From Tubiluchus corallicola (lineage: Eukaryota; Animalia; Priapulida), in contig JAQGDQ010000830.1 in the NCBI GenBank assembly GCA_030141605.1, positions 26,779 to 90,778 of the forward strand: a stretch of DNA of 64,000 bases, written 5' to 3'. Every line of letters begins with the position of its first letter. The first letter of the stretch is position 1. Shown here one piece after another: positions 53,637 through 64,000 of this stretch. The notes below the pieces were generated by a model, which was not told the DNA's origin, did no database searches, and saw only the letters and a list, made by a program, of their open reading frames with translations. A program made the translations under genes and the position numbers.

Positions 53637-54083
53637 CGTTGTTTTTCATTTTGGCTTTATGAAAAAATAACTCCGTACAGTCACCCAGAGAGAATAAATA
53701 CGTAATGCGATAGGGAAGGATGTTTACCTAATTCTTTCTACAATTATCTTAAATTAGAAAGATATCCAGTAATGAACAAAAGTAAATTTAATCTTAAGGT
53801 AAACAAAAACAAATTAAGCCTTGAGAAGATGTAAACAAACAAAATAACACCATCACCCTCGATTACAAGGACCAGAGTTCAACTCCCTCGCTGTGTTTAC
53901 CTTTCACGTTTTTTTTGCATAGATTATCAGTGAGTGTTTAATATAATGTGATGACTTAGTTTACCTATAAATGTAACATATGACTAGTTCGTATCTTATT
54001 ATTGTACACTTAAATGTTTTAATATAGTTCTACAGGGGACCATATGAATTCACAAAATCTTACATCAGATCCAAACTTTGACC

Positions 54084-55968
54084 TGTCGCACAATTTGGAT
54101 AAAACACGCTGCACCTTGTACTTCAGTTTTAGAACTTACTCAAAACGTGTCGCATAATTTGGATGAAACACGGTGCGCTTGTACTTCACTTTTAGAACTT
54201 ACTCAAAACGTGTCACACAATTTGGATGAAACACGGTGCGCTTGTACTTCACTTTTAGAACTTACTCAAAACGTGTCGCATAATTTGGATGAAACACGGT
54301 GCGCTTGTACTTCACTTTTAGAACTTACTCAAAACGTGTCGCATAATTTGGATGAAACACGGTGCGCTTGTACTTCACTTTTAGAACTTACTCAAAACGT
54401 GTCGCACAATTTGGATGAAACACAGTGCGCTTGTACTTCAGTTTTAGAACTTACTCAAAACGTGTCACACAATTTGGATAAAACACGGTGTGCTTGTACT
54501 TCAGTTTTAGAACTTACTCAAAACGTGTCACACAATTTGGATAAAACACGGTGCGCTTGTACTACTTTTAGAACTTACTCAAAACGTGTCGCATAATTTG
54601 GATGAAACACGGTGCGCTTGTACTTCACTTTTAGAACTTACTCAAAACGTGTCGCATAATTTGGATGAAACACGGTGCGCTTGTACTTCACTTTTAGAAC
54701 TTACTCAAAACGTGTCACACAATTTGGATGAAACACAGTGCGCTTGTACTTCACTTTTAGAACTTACTCAAAATGTGTCACACAATTTGGATAAAACACG
54801 GTGCGCTTGTGCTTCAGTTTTAGAACTTACTCAAAACGTGTCACACAATTTGGATAAAACACGGTGCGCTTGTACTTCAGTTTTAGAACTTACTCAAAAC
54901 GTGTCACACAATTTGGATGAAACACGGTGCGCTTGTACTTCACTTTAGAACTTACTCAAAACGTGTCGCATAATTTGGATGAAACACGGTGCGCTTGTAC
55001 TTCACTTTTAGAACTTACTCAAAACGTGTCGCATAATTTGGATGAAACACGGTGCGCTTGTACTTCACTTTTAGAACTTACTCAAAACGTGTCGCATAAT
55101 TTGGGTGAAACACGCTGCGCTTGTACTTCACTTTTAGAACTTACTCAAAACGTGTCGCATAATTTGGATGAAACACGGTGCGCTTGTACTTCAGTTTTAG
55201 AACTTACTCAAAACGTGTCACACAATTTGGATAAAACACGGTGCGCTTGTACTTCAGTTTTAGAACTTACTCAAAACGTGTCGCATAATTTGGATGAAAC
55301 ACGGTGCGCTTGTACTTCACTTTTAGAACTTACTCAAAACGTGTCACACAATTTGGATGAAACACGGTGCGCTTGTACTTCAGTTTTAGAACTTACTCAA
55401 AACGTGTCGCATAATTTGGATGAAACACGCTGCGCTTGTACTTCAGTTTTAGAACTTACTCAAAACGTGTCGCATAATTTGGATAAAACACGGTGCGCTT
55501 GTACTTCACTTTTAGAACTTACTCAAAACGTGTCACACAATTTGGATGAAACACGGTGCACTTGTACTTCAGTTTTAGAACTTACTCAAAACGTGTCGCA
55601 TAATTTGGATGAAACACGCTGCGCTTGTACTTCAGTTTTAGAACTTACTCAAAACGTGTCGCATAATTTGGATAAAACACGGTGCGCTTGTACTTCACTT
55701 TTAGAACTTACTCAAAACGTGTCACACAATTTGGATGAAACACGGTGCGCTTGTACTTCAGTTTTAGAACTTACTCAAAACGTGTCGCATAATTTGGATG
55801 AAACACGCTGCGCTTGTACTTCAGTTTTAGAACTTACTCAAAACGTGTCGCATAATTTGGATAAAACACGGTGCGCTTGTACTTCACTTTTAGAACTTAC
55901 TCAAAACGTGTCACACAATTTGGATGAAACACGGTGCGCTTGTACTTCAGTTTTAGAACTTACTCAAA
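54084..55968. repeat. 63-bp minisatellite (~30 units)
   Basis: Unit GAACTTACTCAAAACGTGTCGCATAATTTGGATGAAACACGGTGCGCTTGTACTTCACTTTTA; period verified at 54132/54195. Confidence 0.96.
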
Positions 55969-56289
55969 AATGAACTACAATGTATGCAATTGTGGCTCAA
56001 CATCACAGCATATTTGCCTCTGCGAATACAAAGCTTTTTGTTTACACACTTTTACTAATGTAATTAGCGGCAGTTCATATTTGTGTATTTGTTTTGGGAA
56101 CGATAATTGCCTTCTTGAAGTAAACAATATATAATAGGTATTTGTGTTCGGAACTTGCTGTAGTCATAATTCACAAAATCGGTTTCTGCCGCGGTTACTC
56201 TATTTAAACGAAGCGCTCAAAACAAACAAGTGTTACAATAGGGAGGACTTCACAATCTTCTGACTAGAGCTTTTTGACCTAAGAGCAAA

Positions 56290-56720
56290 TTATATATATA
56301 TATATACATAATAATCTTTATTTGCATTGAAAAATCGATATTCATAGCTATAAAAGCATAAAAGAACATCGCAGCATGAGAATAAAATTCACACAACTGT
56401 TAAAGGCAAATGCGTCCAGTGCAAACTAAAAACTACTGTGCTAAACATTTAAAACAAAATATACATTATAATATTACACGGAAATTATAATAGACTATAT
56501 ACAATAAATACATATAATTTAAAATGGACGTGGGTAAATAAAAATTGCGGATGAATATATATTATCGTTTACGTATGTTGGGTTTTCAAAACGATTTAAT
56601 GTGTGTATTTTTAATTTTGATTTGAATTCGTCGAAAGACTTGATTTGTTTTAAATTTGATGGCAGGGTATTCCAAAATTGAATTCCTTGTTTAGTGATAG
56701 AATTATTGCCGTATTTGTTG
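56290..56720 (-). mobile_element. CR1/L2 3'-end fragment (last codons, 3' UTR, AATAAA, (TA)n tail)
   Basis: 56640-56718 matches 31058-31137 (GIQFWNTLP); 3' UTR motif TGCACTGGACGCATTTG is shared with 848-865. Confidence 0.75.
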
Positions 56721-56944
56721 CCGTATAATAAGATCTGTAAGATTTTATTGACACGCGAAGGACAATAATAAGATTGGATAACAAAAAATAGTCAAGCAAT
56801 GGAATTCTCTTCCTCTGAACGTGTGAATGAGTCCCCTCCAGTAACTTATTGAGTCAAAAATTACTGAAAATTAACTCTCCAACACATTTGCAGACACGTA
56901 TAAGTTGTAATTTTACTCTTTGTCTTTCCCCGTATCCATTTCAA

Positions 56945-57575
56945 CCTTACCTTAGACCTTAGTCCTTCCTGCGCATTGATGCACATTGGGCAGACAGCAT
57001 TTTCCACTGAGTTCTATCAGCGGCTTCGTTCTCTACGTTTTCCCAACGTATGTTGACAGCTCGAAGGTCTTCTTTGAAGGATCTGCGCCACGTTGTTTTT
57101 GGCCGACCTCTTTTTCGTTTCCCACCAGGTGGTTCCCACTGTACTGCTGTTTTGGCGTAACGACTTTCTGATAGACGGAGAATATGTCCAGCCAGTTTCA
57201 TTCTTCTCTCTGTAACTATATCTTGTAACCGCAATGACTGCGCTCGTTGTAGAACTTCTACATTGGTGACATGGTCGCGGTAGGAGATTTTTAGTATCTT
57301 TCGAAGGCATTTTTGGTGGAAGACGTTCAGTTTCTTTGATAACTCCGCTGTGACTTTCCAGGTTTCGCTGGCATAGAGAGCCGTTGGCAGCACAATGGCG
57401 TTGTACAGACGAAGTTTGATTTTCATGTCAATTTTCTTGCTTGTCCAGATTTTTCCCATCTTCCTAAATACTGCTGTTGCTTTGCCGATTCTCCCCCTGA
57501 TGTCATTTTCTGTACCTCCATTACAGGTCATCACACTGCCCAGATATGAAAAACTGGTAACGTTCTTAATCCATT
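56945..57575 (-). mobile_element. 5'-truncated RTE-clade LINE (ORF C-terminus with TAAGG-type tail)
   Basis: VTSFSYLGS, RIGKATAVF, KLRLYNAIVLPTALYASETW, GHILR, KRKRGRPKTTW; ends TAAGGTCTAAGGTAAGG. Confidence 0.9.
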
Positions 57576-57607
57576 TCAACATCTCTTGTTTATTATTGTG
57601 ACGGGAA

Positions 57608-57996
57608 CACAAGTCACAAATCACAGTCACAAGTTACAGTCACAATCACAAGTCACAGTCACAAATCACAGTCACAAGTTACAGTCACAAGTCACAGACA
57701 CGAGTCACAGTCATAAGTTACAGTCACAATCACAAGTCACAGAGACAAGTTACAGTCATAAGTCACAGTCACAAGTCACCACATGAAGTTACAGTCAAAA
57801 TTACAGTCACAATCACAAGTTACACTCACAAGTGACAGCCGCAAGTCACAGTCACAAGTCACAGTCACGAGTCACAGTCATAAGTTACACTCACAAGTGA
57901 CAGTCACAAGTCACAGTCACAAGTTACAGTCACAGTCACAAGACACAGTCACAGTCACAAGTTACAGTCTCAAGTCACAGTCACAGTCACAAGTCA
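57608..57996. repeat. (GTCACA/AGTCACA)n degenerate microsatellite
   Basis: Directly visible. Confidence 0.92.
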
Positions 57997-58444
57997 AATT
58001 ACATAAACATTGGCTAACTTATACATATAATTATAAAATCTAGGTATCTAACAGAATTCAAATTTTGATAATAGATTAAAGTTCTTAAATTTTGGATGTT
58101 AATGTCGCGTATTTTGTATTTTTTCTTAAATAGCAACTAGGTAAACCGTTTCCTTGCTTTGTAATTTTTGTATTTTCAGGTTTTCTTTGTGCTTAACATA
58201 TATTTCAAATAATCATTATATTTTTTTAAGATCACTATAGCAAATTAAAATTGGTGCATATTCATATTCATATTCATATTTGTATTCGTTCTCATTCATA
58301 TCATTTCACTAATCTAACCCTACTAATTTCCATCTCTTGTGCTCTATATTATCAAATCCATCATTTTTACCTTCCCTTTTGCATCCTAACAGCTGCTCCA
58401 TTAATTGCATCAGAGTCGCGCAAGCAATGCTTTTTTCACTAGAA

Positions 58445-59239
58445 TGCAAGCAACAATTTATGTAGTTGCAAGCAACAATTTATGTAGATGCAAGCAACAA
58501 TTTATGTAGTTGCCATGTCATGCTTATTTTATTAAAATATTGTGCAGCGGTGTATGCATTCTATTTACCGTGGCTATTATAATCGTGTTTTGTGTTGTTT
58601 TGTGTTGTTTTGTGTTGCTTTGTGTTGTTTTGTGTTGTCATAGTGAAATAAACAAGGTGTAAATAAGTCGAATAAATTACAGTAAACAGCTGAAATATTT
58701 CTATTCTTTGCTCTATTCATTTACCTCAATTATTTTACAAAAAGGATCCGCCCCGCGTCTTAGCAACGCCCCGTTGCAGCTTCCGAAGCGAACTCAGCGT
58801 CTGCATCTTATTAATTCAGGGCGTGATAACATCTCCTGCGCTGATTGGACAACAAACAAACAAGGAAAGATCCTAGGGAGAGATCCCGCTGACATCACAA
58901 CATCATCACATTTTTGTATCCGTACGTTAGGACCTGTATTTGTTGATATTTACGTCGTTAGCTTTGTTTACCACGCTGCTCATCACCTCGTATGTGTAAA
59001 CAATAATTTGATTCATAATAATTACAGTGGCAGCCATCTTGGAAATATTCTCTGCAGAAAAGTAATAATAACGTGATTTCAATTCAATTCAAGATTCGTT
59101 TATTCCACTTAATACCACACATCACAGAGTCAATGTTACAGTTCGAAATAATTTAGTTTACAATTCAACAATTATTTAAAGGAGTATAGAAGACATGATG
59201 ATGTTTCATATACTATCCCATTTTCAAGTCCGATAAAAA
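58445..59239 (+). repeat. Left arm of a ~0.8-kb near-perfect inverted repeat
   Basis: Reverse complement of 62895-~63706; the 122-aa ORF is identical in both arms. Confidence 0.95.
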
Positions 59240-60152
59240 GCATACATTTTAACACAATTAATACCGCAAAAGCGTTTCTGATAATTAAATAATAGATTAA
59301 AAACTTAGTTAACGACGGGCGAGCCCAAGTATTGATGACATCACAAACTAACATGATTTTCAACAGCAAAAATGTTCTACGAGCGTGTTGCACGTGTTTG
59401 TGAAAGAGAAAATTGAAATACAGTGTTACTCTAAGATATTCAGTATGATGTACTAAAACTAGGCAAGTTTTAAGATAAAAATTCAAATTTCAAATTTGCC
59501 CCCGTACTCACGCATGAGCCGTCGAACGTGTGTTGTTCGTTAGAAACTAACGCATCTGAACTGAGAGGTACAGCACCTGTTTTTGTGCAATGCGTTTCCG
59601 AAATGCAGGCGCTAGTGCACATCTAACTTGCGAATGGTGAAATGCATGTAACAGCAAAGAATTAGTGGCGCGAACGCGAAATTGTGTTTGTGTGGAAATA
59701 ATTCTTTCACGTAAGTCATTTTTGAAAAAAATAGCATGTTTCCTTTCAATATTTTAAAGAGTTGATTGTTTTGACCTACAGTTGCACCAGTACGACAACA
59801 TACACACTAATTCAGAATTCATATATCCACGGCCATATTAATTAAATCTTAGTCTTTTCATTTTTTTTTGTGCATAGTTGTAAATACGTTTGATTTTATT
59901 CGTCGTTACTTTCCATTACTGCACAGTAGTTTAGATTGCACTGACGCATTTGCCTTTAGCAGTGTAAGTTTTTATTAACTAACACTGATTGATCATTTCT
60001 GTAAAGTTTTTATCAGTGATTATCAATGTATTTTAATGGCAAATAAAGATTATTATATATATCACCTTTGCCTGTTATATATATTTATATATATATTATA
60101 ACTTTATTATATATATTATATAATATATATATATGTATATATATATTGCTTG

Positions 60153-60187
<35 letters not shown>

Positions 60188-60202
60188 TTATTATAACTTT
60201 AT

Positions 60203-60235
<33 letters not shown>

Positions 60236-60364
60236 AGAGGCAAAGGTGATTTATTCATACACCTTAATCATTCATTTGTATACAAGTATGACGTTAGCTC
60301 ATATTTCTTAGTACATATTTTATATATATATACATAGTTTAAGATTGGGTCCGGTTTTGTTTTA
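59175..60364 (-). mobile_element. Kolobok-like family, copy 3, interrupted by a LINE 3'-tail/(TA)n insertion
   Basis: 59175-59785 is homologous (inverted) to copies 1 and 2. The missing terminus (GTTTAAGATTGGGTCCGGTTTTG) resumes at 60337-60360, after a CR1/L2 tail (59918-60062) and TA repeats. Confidence 0.6.
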
Positions 60365-61179
60365 GTTACAATTTAACAATGTAAATAATGTAGAGAAAGC
60401 TACCATAATGTGTTGTGTCACAAATCCCGCTGAAGCCTAGCTTGACTGGAAACTTGAAAGGCGAAATAGAAGGCACAGTCTAACAGTTATGCTTAGTGAA
60501 AGGAGAAAAAATTAGGAGAGAAGGAAAAAAGAAAATTTGATTGACTACAAAATAATTACTTATTTTAAAACGCCACCCTGTATAATTATTTAAATGAATT
60601 GTATCATTAGCGTTCAAATGCTGCTATAATGTTCTAGTTATCACACTAACTAGGCTATGAATTATCGTATGGAGGAATACACTGGATTGTTTTCCCCCAT
60701 AGTATTGGGTCTGGTTTTGCTTTAAATTTTCCACTTGTAGGACATAGTTATTGTTATTGGTTAATGTATAGCACGAAACTTTTCCTCTTTCTGTAACCGT
60801 CAGAGGCATTGGTGTAACAAAGGGGTTGTAACGAAGACATATTATGGGATACTGGATTGTTTTCAAAGTTAATTCATTTAGTTTATCTATATTTGTCTAG
60901 AATTTTCTTTTTTTCTTTCTTAAACTTTAACTCGGTTAGTTTCCTTGGAGTAAAAGATGATTATTTTAAGTCAACTTTTAATGCAAAACATTTATAGTTA
61001 AAAACAACGTAACTTTACTGAAGCTTTCACGTTAAAAAGTTTAAAATCATGCCAAATGCTTCTACTAGTTGCTGCTGTCATCATCAGTGGTAAATTTACA
61101 AACAAACAACCAATTTATATAAACAGAGCCTGTTATGTACTAATTAAGTTGTTAACAGAAGCCAAATAGGTAATGAATA

Positions 61180-61424
61180 AGCATCGTCATCACCCTAACT
61201 ACTGTCATTATCATTATCGTCATCATCAGCATCATCACCATCGCCATCATTGATATCATTTTTATCATCACCACCACCATCTTCTTCTTCATCATCATCT
61301 TCATCATCGTCATCATCATTGTCGTCATCATCATCATCATTATCATCACCACCATCATTATCATCATCATCTTCTTCTTCTCCTTTTTCTTCGTCATCAT
61401 CACCACCACCATCATCATCATCAT
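61180..61424. repeat. Degenerate (CAT)n microsatellite
   Basis: Directly visible. Confidence 0.92.
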
Positions 61425-62037
61425 AGTTTATTTCAAGACCGGTTTTAATGCACGCAGCTCACTATTTTGCACCAACCTTTCTGACGCGCATCAAGGGGGA
61501 TACTTTTTAGCGCTTACCACGCTGCCAATGATTTTGCACAGATGATCTTTATTGTGTTAAATTCGCACCATGTGCCCGAGAAAAGAGGTTCTTTTACACA
61601 AGGCGAGGAGTGATAACTAAATGAAAGGCACCAGTTTGTGATTACGTTTAACTGCGCGAAACTAACTCGAAATGCACGACGGGTAATTGTACGAATCACC
61701 TGATAATTTCTTAAACATGATTCGAATTTGTTTCGCAAGCAATAAACATTATAACAGTGGCAAAAACCAAACGAGGCAGATTAGAGCCATTATGGGGCGC
61801 GTGGTTTTCATGAATGCGTAAAGCGAAACCGAGTGAGAACGGGGCAATAATCTAGTCACTGGGTGGATTCTTAGGGCAACTTGTGGGAGGTGGGGAAGGT
61901 GGGAGAGGCATTGCGATCTACACTATAGATTGTTTTGATCTACAGTTTATGATTAGGTCTGGTTTTGCTTTAAAGAATGGTAAATAAAACGACAGTAAAA
62001 GCAAGAACGCAGTAACTGAATATCTGGGATATCATAA

Positions 62038-62146
62038 GGATGATGATGATAAAGATGATGGTGATGATGATGAAGGTGACGACGACGACGACGACGACGA
62101 CGATGATGATGATGATGATGGTAACGACGACGACGACGACGACGGC

Positions 62147-62242
<96 letters not shown>

Positions 62243-62254
62243 AATGATGATGAA

Positions 62255-62342
<88 letters not shown>
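62038..62342. repeat. (GAT)n/(GAC)n microsatellite
   Basis: Directly visible. Confidence 0.95.
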
Positions 62343-62894
62343 GCGAAATTAAGGCACAAGAAAACACTTTACATAGATAAAGCTCAAAAAAATCAAACGT
62401 GACTGAAAAGTAAAGATGTCGCTTTTTCACATTTCCTTTCTTTCAGTGAAAAACCATCATTAATTTAACATCTTGAAATCAAGATTATAATTAATGAGGC
62501 AACACAGTGTTCGTCAGATGCAGTGACGTAACATCAGTTTAAATCTGTGATTATTTGCTGAGTGTGACGGTAATTAAGACGAAACACGGGAATTTGCCTC
62601 TCCAGCCGTTCAGTACTGGATGCTGAGGGTAATTTGAGCAGCAATGTAAGAATTTAAAGTTGTTAAGCTTCTTCTAGACGCCACGGGGATTACAACTGTC
62701 TCACGACCATAGGTGAGGAGAGGCTTCTCTTCCAGATGTCTTCTCTTCCACTGGCGCTGGTTTCATTCTGTAAGCCTTTATCATAATTACTTTGTGTATT
62801 AAAAGAGGGAGGTACGTTAAAATTTACTCCTTTTCTTTTCTATATTTTTCACTATTTTCTATTCTTACCTGTGGGTTTTTTCGTCTTTCGTTAG

Positions 62895-64000
62895 TTTTTA
62901 TCGGACTTGAAAATGGGATAGTATATGAAAAATCATCATGTCTTCTATACTCCTTTAAATAATTGTTGAATTGTAAACTAAATTATTTCGAACTGTAACA
63001 TTGACTCTGTGATGTGTGGTATTAAGTGGAATAAACGAATCTTGAATTGAATTGAAATCACGTTATTATTACTTTTCTGCAGAGAATATTTCCAAGATGG
63101 CTGCCACTGTAATTATTATGAATCAAATTATTGTTTACACATACGAGGTGATGAGCAGCGTGGTAAACAAAGCTAACGACGTAAATATCAACAAATACAG
63201 GTCCTAACGTACGGATACAAAAATGTGATGATGTTGTGATGTCAGCGGGATCTCTCCCTAGGATCTTTCCTTGTTTGTTTGTTGTCCAATCAGCGCAGGA
63301 GATGTTATCACGCCCTGAATTAATAAGATGCAGACGCTGAGTTCGCTTCGGAAGCTGCAACGGGGCGTTGCTAAGACGCGGGGCGGATCCTTTTTGTAAA
63401 ATAATTGAGGTAAATGAATAGAGCAAAGAATAGAAATATTTCAGCTGTTTACTGTAATTTATTCGACTTATTTACACCTTGTTTATTTCACTATGACAAC
63501 ACAAAACAACACAAAGCAACACAAAACAACACAAAACAACACAAAACAACACAAAACAACACAAAACACGATTATAATAGCCACGGTAAATAGAATGCAT
63601 ACACCGCTGCACAATATTTTAATAAAATAAGCATGATATGGCAACTACATAAATTGTTGCTTGCATCTACATAAATTGTTGCTTGCAACTACATAAATTG
63701 TTGCTTGCAACTACATAAATTGTTGCTTGCAACTACATAAATTGTTGCTTGCAACTACATAAATTTTTGCTTGCAACTACATAAATTGTTGCTTGCAACT
63801 ACATAAATTGTTGCTTGCATCTACATAAATTGTTGCTTGCAACTACATAAATTGTTGCTTGCAACTACATAAATTGTTGCTTGCAACTACATAAATTGTT
63901 GCTTGCATCTACATAAATTGTTGCTTGCAACTACATAAATTGTTGCTTGCAACTACATAAATTGTTGCTTGCATCTACATAAATTGTTGCTTGCAACTAC
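62895..64000 (-). repeat. Right arm of the inverted repeat, ending in an expanded 22-bp tandem array that runs off the window
   Basis: Unit TTGCAACTACATAAATTGTTGC, about 16 copies from 63641 to the window end versus 3 copies in the left arm. Confidence 0.95.

Noticed and set aside
53855-53895. tRNA/SINE B-box-like GTTCAACTC
   Set aside because: No A box or cloverleaf could be built.
58708-59076. Duplicated 122-aa ORF
   Set aside because: TTG start and no recognisable motif; identity is explained by the recent inverted duplication.

Overview
This is AT-rich, repeat-dense animal genomic DNA, probably from an invertebrate (spliceosomal introns, TTAGGG-like repeats, a 3-N assembly gap at 31623-31625). 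No prokaryotic features, rRNA, tRNA or CRISPR were found. Host genes: two minus-strand secreted Gly/Tyr(/His)-rich structural-protein genes, each with a short signal-peptide exon plus one large exon (7.7-9.7 kb and 19.8-28.6 kb), and a convergent pair of LRR/LRRCT-stalk-TM receptor-like genes (40.6-43.3 kb +; last exon of a paralogue at 46.7-47.3 kb -). Mobile DNA: a near-intact Gmr1-type Ty3/gypsy LTR retrotransposon with integrase upstream of RT (31.6-39.6 kb) abutting a telomere-like minisatellite; a CR1/L2-type LINE with an esterase ORF1 and a 2A-like peptide; a decayed I/Jockey-group LINE; an RTE 3' fragment; two hAT MITEs with 8-bp TSDs; a Kolobok-like family; a Penelope-like palindrome; and a ~0.8-kb near-perfect inverted duplication. 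Many mini- and microsatellites are present. The most unusual signals are a directional A/G hypermutated hairpin patch that distinguishes the two LTRs, a cluster of U1-complementary sites in the LTR, a SAP-like/SCAN-like Gag, a non-canonical 2A motif, and a foldback-like inverted repeat carrying promoter motifs. All calls come from manual reading; no database searches were run.
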